From: an uncultured virus (IMG/VR IMGVR_UViG_3300042893_001183)
Lineage: Duplodnaviria; Heunggongvirae; Uroviricota; Caudoviricetes
Direction: 5' to 3' (one strand)
Length of the DNA stretch: 64,000 nt
Virus record (IMG/VR): IMGVR_UViG_3300042893_001183
Shown: positions 49,739-58,859 of the stretch, piece after piece
Layout of the letters: the number at the start of each line of letters is the position of its first letter
Numbering within the stretch: position 1 is the first letter of the stretch
The notes under the pieces: model-generated
What the model saw: only the letters and a program-made list of their open reading frames with translations
Databases searched by the model: none
Told to the model about the DNA's origin: nothing
Translations under genes and position numbers: made by a program

Positions 49739-50441
49739 TAACTGTCAATCTATCTCCTGATGGGGTCATTACTACTCTTGTCATATCCAATCTTGGCTCA
49801 TTCTCACTCATAAAGTTTCTTATGAATTTTGAATCAGCAATTGGCATCTGCTCTATAAATTTGGCGATTTCGCCTTTATCGGTTGAACCGTTTGCTTCAA
49901 CAATTTCTTTTTGAAGTCTTAATGTAACTTTTGGAGCCACTCTACCTACAGGGTATGAATCCGCAATTCTTTGGTTTTCTAAAATTTCACCATAAGTCAT
50001 CGGTTTTAACTTAACCGTTGTTTGTGATTTTGGTAAAGTTGTAATAAATGTACCATCTTCATTTGGTGTTTGTCCTTGTAAAATTGTTAATTGGTCCAAT
50101 AATACGTTTGACTTAAATGATTTTCTTGTTGTGGGGTCAGTTAATGTAACCTCCATCTCAGGTCCAAATGCTGTGTTTCTTAAAAAGATTAAGATAGCTT
50201 CAACATCACCTTCCAACATTTCCTCAACTCGTAAGTCTGGTTCGTAAATTTTAGTTCTTAAAAGATTCGGTGTCATATCTTCACCACCAGCCATTAGTAA
50301 GTTCTCGTCATTGGCGGTTAAGTAACCGACTTTGACTGCTTTCTTTTTGTTTTTGTAGAATATACCTTGAGATGGTAATGGTACCACGTCATGGGGAAGG
50401 GAGAAATTTGCCTGTCCGTATTCTTTTGATTGATTATCCAT
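49698..50441 (-). CDS. Tail/baseplate assembly chaperone, T4 gp26-like
   Basis: LPSQG..Y; YLTANDENLL; GDVEAILIFLRNTAFG; ends DFFRPFF; between tube and tape measure. Confidence 0.8.
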   Translation of the reverse strand: MDNQSKEYGQANFSLPHDVVPLPSQGIFYKNKKKAVKVGYLTANDENLLMAGGEDMTPNLLRTKIYEPDLRVEEMLEGDVEAILIFLRNTAFGPEMEVTLTDPTTRKSFKSNVLLDQLTILQGQTPNEDGTFITTLPKSQTTVKLKPMTYGEILENQRIADSYPVGRVAPKVTLRLQKEIVEANGSTDKGEIAKFIEQMPIADSKFIRNFMSENEPRLDMTRVVMTPSGDRLTVNVGFGVDFFRPFF

Positions 50442-50443
50442 AT

Positions 50444-50480
50444 AAAAAATTAACCGTAAAGTTTATGTGCTTTACGGTTA
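50444..50480 (-). terminator. Hairpin/terminator between tube and chaperone genes
   Basis: taaccgtaaag/ctttacggtta stem followed by ATTTTTT on the minus strand. Confidence 0.6.
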
Positions 50481-50513
50481 AATATAATAGTTCTAAATTT
50501 TTTATAAATAGTA

Positions 50514-51002
50514 TTAGTAAACTAACACACATCTATCCATTCTTAAAGTTGCTGCGATTGTCGCTAAAGCATCTGTATTGTAGGCCAATGCGTTGAAGTT
50601 AACATCTGTCAAGAATGTTCCATAAAGAATCCACTTCTCAACAACAACTCCTGTTGGGTCTAACATCTCAAGGTCAATATCTTTTTTATAACCAGCAGCG
50701 TATCCCATACGACCTGTTACTGATTCCGCATGTAAACGTACCCACTCCATAAGAGCTTGTGACGCAGAAGGACCAATTGGGTCTCTAAAGACTACGTTAA
50801 TTGTTTGCCAGTTGAATCTACCTGCAACATAAGTTGAGGTGTTCAAAAACGGAATTTCCGTTGCTGCGATTGTGATATGCGGTCTAGATGCAGATTCTAC
50901 AAACCACTCATTAATTCCTAAACTCGATGGAAACCTTAAAATGAATCGGTTTTGACGTTTCGGTTCATAAGGAATCGGCATTTTCATCAGTAAATCAGCC
51001 AT
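50514..51002 (-). CDS. Tail tube protein, T4 gp19-like
   Basis: EPKRQNRF; YVAGRFNWQTI; YKKDIDLEMLDPTGVVVEKW. Confidence 0.88.
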   Translation of the reverse strand: MADLLMKMPIPYEPKRQNRFILRFPSSLGINEWFVESASRPHITIAATEIPFLNTSTYVAGRFNWQTINVVFRDPIGPSASQALMEWVRLHAESVTGRMGYAAGYKKDIDLEMLDPTGVVVEKWILYGTFLTDVNFNALAYNTDALATIAATLRMDRCVLVY

Positions 51003-51098
51003 ATTATTTAAATTTTGTTTCTATGTTTATAACGATAAATATATCCTGTTTCAAAAATTTTTCTATTTACTTAAATTTTTAAAAATGATATTCTTTAA

Positions 51099-51926
51099 CT
51101 AGACTTCTTTTTTAACGCCTCCAGTTGTAGAATATGTTCTTACTATATTATCTGGTTTATCTTTAAAATGTTTTTTCATTACTTCTATATTCTTTGGGTC
51201 ATCGTCTGAAAAGCCTATAGATGGTTCTTTAGGAATAAAGTTGTTATTAACATCATTCTTTAAAAAAGCCTTTTTGTTTAATATTGCCGCCATTCCTTTA
51301 ATATAACTTACAAAATCATCCATTGCACGGACCTTCGCCTCTTCAGGATTTTGAGCCCCTCCTTCGTCACCAAAAGAAACGGGGTGGTACTTATTAAGTT
51401 CTAAATATGATTTGATTAATTCATCATCACTCATTTCATCCTCATCAGTAAACGACCTAAATTTTTTAAGATTTTTAATAAGTTCTTCTTTGTTTATCCC
51501 ATTATAATCATTTATAATGTAGTTATAAACGGCTTGTTTTAAAGTATTTGGATTATGTCCTCTTGCAGTAATAATTGAAAATATTGAACCATTATTAATT
51601 GCTTCTCTAAAATCATTAAACGCTGGTCCTTCTTTGGCTCTCATTGAGTCAATTAAAAAATCTTTGTCTCCTTCAGTTCTAAAGTTTCTAAATGGGTTAT
51701 TTGCAAAACCCACAATTTTTTCACCTTTATATTCAAAAGGTTCCTTACCTAAATGATGTCTATGTTCCGCAAAGTCATCAGTTGACATACCCACTTCATC
51801 ACCGTCTTCTGTTTTAACAATGATTTTTGTTGGCATGTGTACAATATTATCGTCCCAATCAAACGCATAATATTTCATGTCTGGTGAACCCTTATCTTTA
51901 AACCCCTCTATTAATTTTTCTCTCAT
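51099..51926 (-). CDS. HAD-superfamily hydrolase (phosphatase)
   Basis: YAFDWDDNI (DxD), IITARGH, conserved Lys (EAKV), IGFSDDD. Confidence 0.75.
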   Translation of the reverse strand: MREKLIEGFKDKGSPDMKYYAFDWDDNIVHMPTKIIVKTEDGDEVGMSTDDFAEHRHHLGKEPFEYKGEKIVGFANNPFRNFRTEGDKDFLIDSMRAKEGPAFNDFREAINNGSIFSIITARGHNPNTLKQAVYNYIINDYNGINKEELIKNLKKFRSFTDEDEMSDDELIKSYLELNKYHPVSFGDEGGAQNPEEAKVRAMDDFVSYIKGMAAILNKKAFLKNDVNNNFIPKEPSIGFSDDDPKNIEVMKKHFKDKPDNIVRTYSTTGGVKKEV

Positions 51927-51933
51927 TTTGGCT

Positions 51934-51956
51934 AAAGGGGGGATTTAACTCCCCCC
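51934..51956 (-). terminator. Hairpin after tail sheath gene
   Basis: gggggga/tcccccc stem, short TTT tail. Confidence 0.6.
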
Positions 51957-51966
51957 ATAATTTTTA

Positions 51967-54900
51967 TTAGATATTTTCAAACGAAGCTCCTGTTGGAGTG
52001 ATGAAGAATTCAATGTCGATGAATTCTAATGCCTTCGTAGGTTTTAAGTAGATTTTACCTGTTAAAGTATTTCTATCTAAGTCTTCAGGTGTTGAAGAAA
52101 CTGTTACACGGAAATCGTATAAACCTCTGTCTCTTCTTATTGAATCTAAAATAGGGTTAACACTATCTAAGAATTGTTGTCTAACGATTTGGTCGTTTTG
52201 TTCGAACAATAATCTTACCGCTACCGCTGAAATTAATTTACGAGCTTGTAATAACAATCTTCTTACGTTTAATCTGTTCAATGCTGAATCAGCTACTTGT
52301 AATGTTTTGTTACCCCAAATTACTGTACCAACGTCTGCGAATGTTGCGATTGGGTTGATTCTACCTTGATAAAGAGTATCTCTATCTTCTTGAGTCAACT
52401 TAACTCTCGCTTTGATTGAATTTACAAGACCTCTTGTGTAACCCGCTGATGCGAACCAAGGGAATGCAATATTATCAGTCAATGCTAAGTTTCTACAAAC
52501 TTCACCTGTTGGAGGTAAGTAGATTTGTGTATTATTAACAGTATCTCTTACCAAAATCCATGGGTAATAAGTTGCAGTATAGTTTGAATCTATTCCTGTA
52601 TTATCTAAGTTATCAACTGCCTCTTGTGGGTAGATGATATCTAAAGAGTTAGTTCCATCTGGAGTATACATTAGATAGTCAGGAGTTGTTGCGATATACA
52701 CAGAGTCAGCTCTTTGATATTGAACCATATCAATAGCTTCCTCAACAAGATTTGAGTTATTAACATAATCGATACTTGAAGTTGCAAATATGTTAATGTT
52801 TGTTGCTTCAGGATTAGCGAATGTTAATATACCAAGTAAGTAAGCGTAATAATCGGTGTTAGCAAAATCTTGAGTATTGTTTGCAACAACAATTCTTTTA
52901 AATAAACCATCACCTGTTGCTGTTGGGTATCTTGTAGAAGACGAAGCTCCTGCTAAGTAACCTGTCGCCCCTAATTGGAATCTATCTTGGTTAGTTCTAA
53001 ATTCTCTATAAACATCCCACCCGTCAAATCCACCTGCGAAACATATTGTATATTTTCTTGAATAGATAAAGTAGTAAGGGTTTTCTTGAGTCTCAGGGTC
53101 GAATCTGAAATCCGCAACACCACACTCAAATGCTGTTTGACCACTTGTTTGGAATGAATTTGCAATTGTAACTACAGTTGCTCCTGAGTCCATGTGGAAT
53201 CCTTTACTTAAATAATTCCAAGGTTCACCTGCAATAGGTAATGCAGAAGAGACCCAGTTAGGTGGATTTTGTCTACCTTTAAATTGTAAGAACGCATCAT
53301 CAATTCCAAATTGGGAAGAGAAACCTAAGTAAGCTCTTCTAACAATATCACCCGCAGATTCAGTTGCGTTTGTTGTAGAACCAAATGGAGGGTTATAAAT
53401 AACCTCACCTGGAAAATAGTATTTAGTTTTGAATGTAGGTACTGGTGAAATATTAGCAGTTGATTCGTATTCTCTTTGAGTATAACCGTAGAATCCACAA
53501 GGGATTGCATCTATCGGAGCTTCATCAGCTAATTCAATCATTACATATCTTGAAATTAAAGCAAATTCACCGTTAGACGAACCAATTTTCTTAGCAACAA
53601 AGTTGTTTGAAGCTGGGTCCATGTTACAGTTTGTAAATTTCTCAATTACAACAGGATTAGCATCTGTATCAAAGAAGTTTCTAACCAATACATCAAATGT
53701 CATATTGTTAAATGATAAGTTTGCAATTGAAACTTTAACTTCTGTGTTAGCTGCGTCACCATCAGAGATTGAGATAAACTTAAATAATCTATATACTTTA
53801 TTACCTCTTAACTCAGATACCAAGAACGGAGTTTCAGGTGATTGATATTTTTCAACTTTATAAGCGATTGATTGTGTATTTTCACCTCTAGCATCTTCTA
53901 ATGCAACTAACTCAGGATTAATTCCTTTAATATAACCTTGGTTATATGCGTAGTTTAAAGAACCTGGATAAATTTCTTCAACATATAATGGAACCTCATT
54001 TCTTGATTTTCCAAAATTATCAACACCTAAAACTTTAGTTATAAACTTAGGAGACGCCGCAGATAATGAAGTTTCAAAAGAGAAAGTATCAGAATCTTTA
54101 GTAATACCTGAAAGTAAGAATCCTTCATATGGTGAATTTGTAATACCTGAATATTGTCCTGTTGCAACTAAATTAACATCAGTTAATCCACTTACTTCGT
54201 ATATAGGACCGTGTTGACCAAGGTCTGCGTTGTTTGAGTATAATGAAATACCTCTTGAACGTAAAGTTGCAACAACCATGTTGTTATATTCACTATATGC
54301 AGTTCCTGAGAAGTTGAATACATCACCTTCAATAGTACCTGTGTAAGTTGCTCCACCGTCAGTTGTTGTTAAAGACGATACAGTATAATAAAATGAATAA
54401 CCTGAGTAGTTGTTATTAACATTAGCATCATTGTCAAATGTTGCGTAATACCAAGGGTCATTTAAATCTGCACTTAAATCATTAGTGTCAAGGTTGTTTG
54501 AACTAGACCCAAATACATTTAATTGATTTGAATATTGACTAACTAATCCCCAATATGTTGATGAAGGTACCGAACCATAAAATGCAACTGTTGTTGCAGA
54601 AAACGATGGGTTATCAATAATATTACCTAAGTTAGAATTAAAATCATCTTGATATGTAGAAGTACTACCATCAGATAATCTATATTGTACGTTTAGGTTG
54701 TTCTGAACATCTGTAGGTAATCCACTTATCATATCAATAGTACTACCTGAAGTAGCACCTGTAAATATTGCAGTAAATGATGTACCTGTATTTGTAATAC
54801 CAATAGTTAATGGGTCAACATTGGCAGTAACTCTAATACTCCAAGAGGGTCCCGCGTCGTATCCCGACAACCCTAATACTCTTGTAACAAACAATTGGTT

Positions 54901-55173
54901 AGATTGTTGTAAGTATGACTTGGCAATGTATGCCGCTTCATATTTTGGGATTTGTGTGTTTACAAATTTTACTGGTTCCGTTCCGCCAAAATAAGCTTGG
55001 AACTCGTCGTAGTTAGTTATAAAAACAGGTTCGAATGCAGGGCCCTTTATTGTTTCCCCTACTAAACCTAAGGTAGTAACACCGACACTCTGTGCTACGA
55101 ACGAAAGGTCCGTTTCAGATGTGTATACTCCAGGTGATACAAAAACTTTTTGATTTGCTTGTGCTGTTGCCAT
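51967..55173 (-). CDS. Contractile tail sheath protein, T4 gp18-like
   Basis: SPGVYTSETDLS; PWFASAGYTRG; RDTLYQGRINPI; WGNKTLQ; LNVRRLL. Confidence 0.95.
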   Translation of the reverse strand: MATAQANQKVFVSPGVYTSETDLSFVAQSVGVTTLGLVGETIKGPAFEPVFITNYDEFQAYFGGTEPVKFVNTQIPKYEAAYIAKSYLQQSNQLFVTRVLGLSGYDAGPSWSIRVTANVDPLTIGITNTGTSFTAIFTGATSGSTIDMISGLPTDVQNNLNVQYRLSDGSTSTYQDDFNSNLGNIIDNPSFSATTVAFYGSVPSSTYWGLVSQYSNQLNVFGSSSNNLDTNDLSADLNDPWYYATFDNDANVNNNYSGYSFYYTVSSLTTTDGGATYTGTIEGDVFNFSGTAYSEYNNMVVATLRSRGISLYSNNADLGQHGPIYEVSGLTDVNLVATGQYSGITNSPYEGFLLSGITKDSDTFSFETSLSAASPKFITKVLGVDNFGKSRNEVPLYVEEIYPGSLNYAYNQGYIKGINPELVALEDARGENTQSIAYKVEKYQSPETPFLVSELRGNKVYRLFKFISISDGDAANTEVKVSIANLSFNNMTFDVLVRNFFDTDANPVVIEKFTNCNMDPASNNFVAKKIGSSNGEFALISRYVMIELADEAPIDAIPCGFYGYTQREYESTANISPVPTFKTKYYFPGEVIYNPPFGSTTNATESAGDIVRRAYLGFSSQFGIDDAFLQFKGRQNPPNWVSSALPIAGEPWNYLSKGFHMDSGATVVTIANSFQTSGQTAFECGVADFRFDPETQENPYYFIYSRKYTICFAGGFDGWDVYREFRTNQDRFQLGATGYLAGASSSTRYPTATGDGLFKRIVVANNTQDFANTDYYAYLLGILTFANPEATNINIFATSSIDYVNNSNLVEEAIDMVQYQRADSVYIATTPDYLMYTPDGTNSLDIIYPQEAVDNLDNTGIDSNYTATYYPWILVRDTVNNTQIYLPPTGEVCRNLALTDNIAFPWFASAGYTRGLVNSIKARVKLTQEDRDTLYQGRINPIATFADVGTVIWGNKTLQVADSALNRLNVRRLLLQARKLISAVAVRLLFEQNDQIVRQQFLDSVNPILDSIRRDRGLYDFRVTVSSTPEDLDRNTLTGKIYLKPTKALEFIDIEFFITPTGASFENI

Positions 55174-55295
55174 TATTTAATTTAATTCTATTGCAGATTT
55201 ATTTTAATGATAAATATTCGTTACTACTACAAAAAACTTGACTTTTGAATATGTATTTGTAAACGGTATGAATAAATTCTGCCTTTTTTCTACCT

Positions 55296-55463
55296 ATGAA
55301 AACTAAGAAGGAAATAAAGAACATTAAAATAGACCCAGAAGTACACGAGATATTAAAAAAGTACTGTGAGAATCGTGGGATGAAGATTTATAAATTTTTG
55401 GAAAATTTAATAATTGAGAAGTGCAAAGAAAAAAAAGATATCTACGGAGAGAAGTTAAACTAA
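55296..55463 (+). CDS. Small ribbon-helix-helix-like DNA-binding protein; absent from the ORF track
   Basis: 55 aa MKTKKEIKNIKIDPEVHEILKKYCENRGMKIYKFLENLIIEKCKEKKDIYGEKLN; fills the intergenic gap. Confidence 0.7.
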   Translation: MKTKKEIKNIKIDPEVHEILKKYCENRGMKIYKFLENLIIEKCKEKKDIYGEKLN

Positions 55464-56495
55464 GATATTATCAAACTTAATATTCGCTTCTAAAGAATTA
55501 TCTTGCTTAACAACCTGAATCCTTAAAACATCGTTAGTTGTTATTTGAATTTTTTGAACATCGGTACCATAATAGTCTTCATTAATATAAACATCATATG
55601 ATTCAACGTTGACTGAATTAGCCCAAGTTAAATTGGTAGTATAGGCAACCACATCACTTAATGTATTGTTACCAACAACATAATAAAAGTTTGATAAAAA
55701 CTCATCAGGGTTTTCAGGACTTTTTTTTCTTCTTTGTTTTAAACTTGAAGTATCAATCTCCATAATTTGAGAAACTCTTGCGATTGCTGGCTTAACTTCA
55801 AATTCATCTTCATCAATAAGGTATCCTAACATTGTAAAATCATATGATTGGACATAATATTTTCTTGACTCCAAACTCATCTGAGATTCATCAGAAATGT
55901 TACTTAATATGATTGGAACATATTGTCCTTTAATAAAAGTATATGCCTGTCTTGATGAGAATTTTTGCATAACGATTTTATTTAATTCGTTAAGCTCCCT
56001 CATTCTATTACAAATAATTTTTACACTATAGTTAATATCGACAGGTACTGGCTGTGGTATTGTGTATATATCCATACCTTGCTCGTTACCATTCCAAGTT
56101 GGAACAGATGCATAATAAAATTGTTTTCTATTAGGTATTGTATATAGAAGAGCGGGATTAGTTCCAAATTTAACTTCAGGACTTCTTACCACCGTAATGA
56201 ATGGTGGAGAAGGGTTATAATCTAAATCAACAAATAAAGCGGTCTCAACATATTGAGTCCAGTTTTGAGTTGTAATAATAATATCAACCATAGGTACTAC
56301 CTTACCTGCGGTTATAACTTCTAAATCCCCCTTAACAAAATCAAGCATACCTCTATCCAAGTCGGCATGTAATACTGACTTAGGTAGATAAGTTCCATCT
56401 TTGTTAATGTATTCCAACAACTGCTCTCTACGAGCAGACAAAGTTTTTTTAGGAACTAACGGCAATGTTGGTTTAACTTGTTTTGGTAATGGCAT
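55455..56495 (-). CDS. Tail terminator/completion protein, T4 gp15-like
   Basis: PQPVPVDINYSVKI...ELNELN motif; position upstream of sheath. Confidence 0.6.
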   Translation of the reverse strand: MPLPKQVKPTLPLVPKKTLSARREQLLEYINKDGTYLPKSVLHADLDRGMLDFVKGDLEVITAGKVVPMVDIIITTQNWTQYVETALFVDLDYNPSPPFITVVRSPEVKFGTNPALLYTIPNRKQFYYASVPTWNGNEQGMDIYTIPQPVPVDINYSVKIICNRMRELNELNKIVMQKFSSRQAYTFIKGQYVPIILSNISDESQMSLESRKYYVQSYDFTMLGYLIDEDEFEVKPAIARVSQIMEIDTSSLKQRRKKSPENPDEFLSNFYYVVGNNTLSDVVAYTTNLTWANSVNVESYDVYINEDYYGTDVQKIQITTNDVLRIQVVKQDNSLEANIKFDNILV

Positions 56496-56497
56496 TA

Positions 56498-57010
56498 TTA
56501 AATTCCTCTAAATTCATTTTCACTAACATAAGTGGCAACAATAGTTCTATAAAAAGGTTTGTATCCACCGTAAGTGTGTTTATTGTCTGACTTAACATAT
56601 CCATCATCAGACACTACATAATATCTAACCCTATCTTCAGATTCATAATATCCAATATAATCACCTTGGAATATCTCAACTTCCAAATCTACAAGAGTTT
56701 TTTGATAAATAGAAAATTTCATATTACCAGGTTCCTGTTGTTCAACTTTAGAATTACCTAATAATTTATGTGCAGGTGCCATAATTTGCACCAACCCTTT
56801 AAGTTCAACAGGTGCCAAGAATTGGATTCCGTCTTCAAGTACCTCACCATAAACATCATCTATTTTTGTTTTTTGTCTATCTACTCTATAAAGAACAATA
56901 GTAAAATTCATATCACCTAGCAACCACTCCTCACCCATACCAATGTCGAGCGAATAATCCTCAGCTCCGAAGAACTTACCTAATCTTGTAATTGGGACTA
57001 ACTTTTGCAT
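56498..57010 (-). CDS. Neck/head-closure protein, T4 gp14-like
   Basis: LYRVD....DDVYGE....F..PVEL; start placed at ATG 57010 just after the TATTTAT motif. Confidence 0.6.
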   Translation of the reverse strand: MQKLVPITRLGKFFGAEDYSLDIGMGEEWLLGDMNFTIVLYRVDRQKTKIDDVYGEVLEDGIQFLAPVELKGLVQIMAPAHKLLGNSKVEQQEPGNMKFSIYQKTLVDLEVEIFQGDYIGYYESEDRVRYYVVSDDGYVKSDNKHTYGGYKPFYRTIVATYVSENEFRGI

Positions 57011-57012
57011 AT

Positions 57013-57044
57013 ATTGATAAATACTCAAACATTAACTATATTTA
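57013..57044 (+). promoter_or_regulatory. Putative early/middle promoter for the SNF2 gene
   Basis: TTGATA (57014), 17 nt, TATATT (57037); same geometry as the promoter at 33378-33409. Confidence 0.5.
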
Positions 57045-57065
57045 AATCAAATATTTTTCCTATTA

Positions 57066-58817
57066 ATGGATGCTAGTTTAGAATCAAAGGCAATGTCTCT
57101 CTTGGAGGCTTATGAAGGAGGGAATAACTACCTTATTGAGCTTAAAAGAAAGTCTCAAATAAATAGAAGATTTTACCCCACAAGGAGTCAGTCTGAGTAT
57201 ATTATTAATAACCACGACAAACAACCAAAGGTTGCAAAGAAGTGGGTGATACTTGATGCATATTTCGCACAGAAACTTGCTGATGATAAACTTATGACCG
57301 AAATTCCCGAAAAGGTTTGGGTAGAAAAACTATTAGCAGAAAAAGAAAAGGCGTTCCATATTTGGGGTAAGATAACCGAATCAGAACAACTACATGATTT
57401 TTGGTTACCTAAAGCAGCAATTATTAAAGACAACACAGTTAAAAACGTTGTAATAAACTATGAAAAATATTCTCATCGTCCTCCTCTTGAACATCAAAAA
57501 GAAGCTATCCAAAAATTGGTTGAAAATAAAAAATTCATACTTGCAGATGATATGGGTCTTGGAAAGACTACTTCTACTATTATAGCAGCATTAGAATCAG
57601 GTTCCAAGAAAGTATTAATTATTTGTCCAGCAACTTTAAAAATTAACTGGAAAAGAGAGATTGAAAATTATTCAGACAAACCAGTTTATATCGCTGAAGG
57701 TAAAAACTTTAGTACGGATGCTGACTTTGTAATAATAAACTATGATATTATAAAAAATTTCCATGATACAAAAAAGAAAGGCGAATCGCAAATTCTTGAT
57801 GCCAATTTTGATTTGGTGGTCGTTGATGAAGCACACTATATCAAAAACGCTACAGCCCAAAGAACAAAATTAATTAACGACCTCGTTAAGAAAGTAGACC
57901 GACTTTGGTTACTAACAGGAACACCAATGACATCAAGACCAATTGATTATTTCAATTTGTTAAGTTTAATTGAATCTCCTGTGGCAAAAAACTGGATGGC
58001 TTACGCTATCAGATATTGTCAAGGATACCAATTCAATGTTGGTGGAAGAAAAGTGTGGAATGTTATGGGAGCTTCAAATCTTGAAGAATTAAGAGACAGG
58101 ACCACAGGACTTACATTAAGAAGACTTAAAGAAAATGTTCTTGATTTACCAGATAAAATAATCACACCAGTATATCTTAGATTAAAATCTAAAATGTATG
58201 AAGAAATAATGGGTGAGTATTATGATTGGTATGATAAAAATCCAGAAGAATCAAAATCACTTACAGTTCAATTTACCAAACTAACTAAGATACGACAAGT
58301 TATTGCCGACGAGAAGATTGCTCAAACAATAGAACTTGCGGAAAACATTGTTGAACAGGGAAAGAAAGTAATCATCTTTTGTAACTTTACTGACTCACTT
58401 AATAAGATATGTGAACACTTTGGTAAAACTGCGGTTAAGTTAGATGGGTCAATGTCAAAACCCGAAAGACAACATAGCGTTGACGGATTCCAAGAAAATG
58501 ATAAAGTTAAAGTATTTGTTGGTAATATTAAAGCGGCAGGTGTCGGACTTACTCTCACCGCTGGTGAGGCAGTTATTATGAACGACTTATCATTCTTACC
58601 ATCAGACCACGCCCAAGCAGAAGACCGAGCTTACAGATACGGTCAAAAAAACAATGTATTAGTTTACTACCCCATATTCGAAAACACAATCGAAGGAATT
58701 ATCTACGACATATTAAATAATAAAAAACAAGTGATTGCCACAGTTATGGGGGACAATCAAAATACGGCCGATGCTGCCGAAGAAATTTTGAATAGAATTA
58801 ATGAAATGCGTCGTTAA
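57066..58817 (+). CDS. SNF2-family helicase/ATPase
   Basis: LADDMGLGKT, VVDEAH, LLTGTP, GVGLTL, QAEDRAYRYGQ. Confidence 0.93.
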   Translation: MDASLESKAMSLLEAYEGGNNYLIELKRKSQINRRFYPTRSQSEYIINNHDKQPKVAKKWVILDAYFAQKLADDKLMTEIPEKVWVEKLLAEKEKAFHIWGKITESEQLHDFWLPKAAIIKDNTVKNVVINYEKYSHRPPLEHQKEAIQKLVENKKFILADDMGLGKTTSTIIAALESGSKKVLIICPATLKINWKREIENYSDKPVYIAEGKNFSTDADFVIINYDIIKNFHDTKKKGESQILDANFDLVVVDEAHYIKNATAQRTKLINDLVKKVDRLWLLTGTPMTSRPIDYFNLLSLIESPVAKNWMAYAIRYCQGYQFNVGGRKVWNVMGASNLEELRDRTTGLTLRRLKENVLDLPDKIITPVYLRLKSKMYEEIMGEYYDWYDKNPEESKSLTVQFTKLTKIRQVIADEKIAQTIELAENIVEQGKKVIIFCNFTDSLNKICEHFGKTAVKLDGSMSKPERQHSVDGFQENDKVKVFVGNIKAAGVGLTLTAGEAVIMNDLSFLPSDHAQAEDRAYRYGQKNNVLVYYPIFENTIEGIIYDILNNKKQVIATVMGDNQNTADAAEEILNRINEMRR

Positions 58818-58825
58818 AGAAAATC

Positions 58826-58854
58826 TGGATTATTTATATGAAATGGATAATCCA
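58826..58854 (+). promoter_or_regulatory. Hairpin containing the TATTTATA motif, ending 5 nt before the SOD start codon
   Basis: tggattatttat/atggataatcca 12-bp stem (two G-U pairs). Confidence 0.6.
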
Positions 58855-58859
58855 AAATT

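Noticed and set aside
47659..55173. Bacterial extracellular contractile injection system or tailocin
   Set aside because: Neck proteins and a replication gene set indicate a true phage
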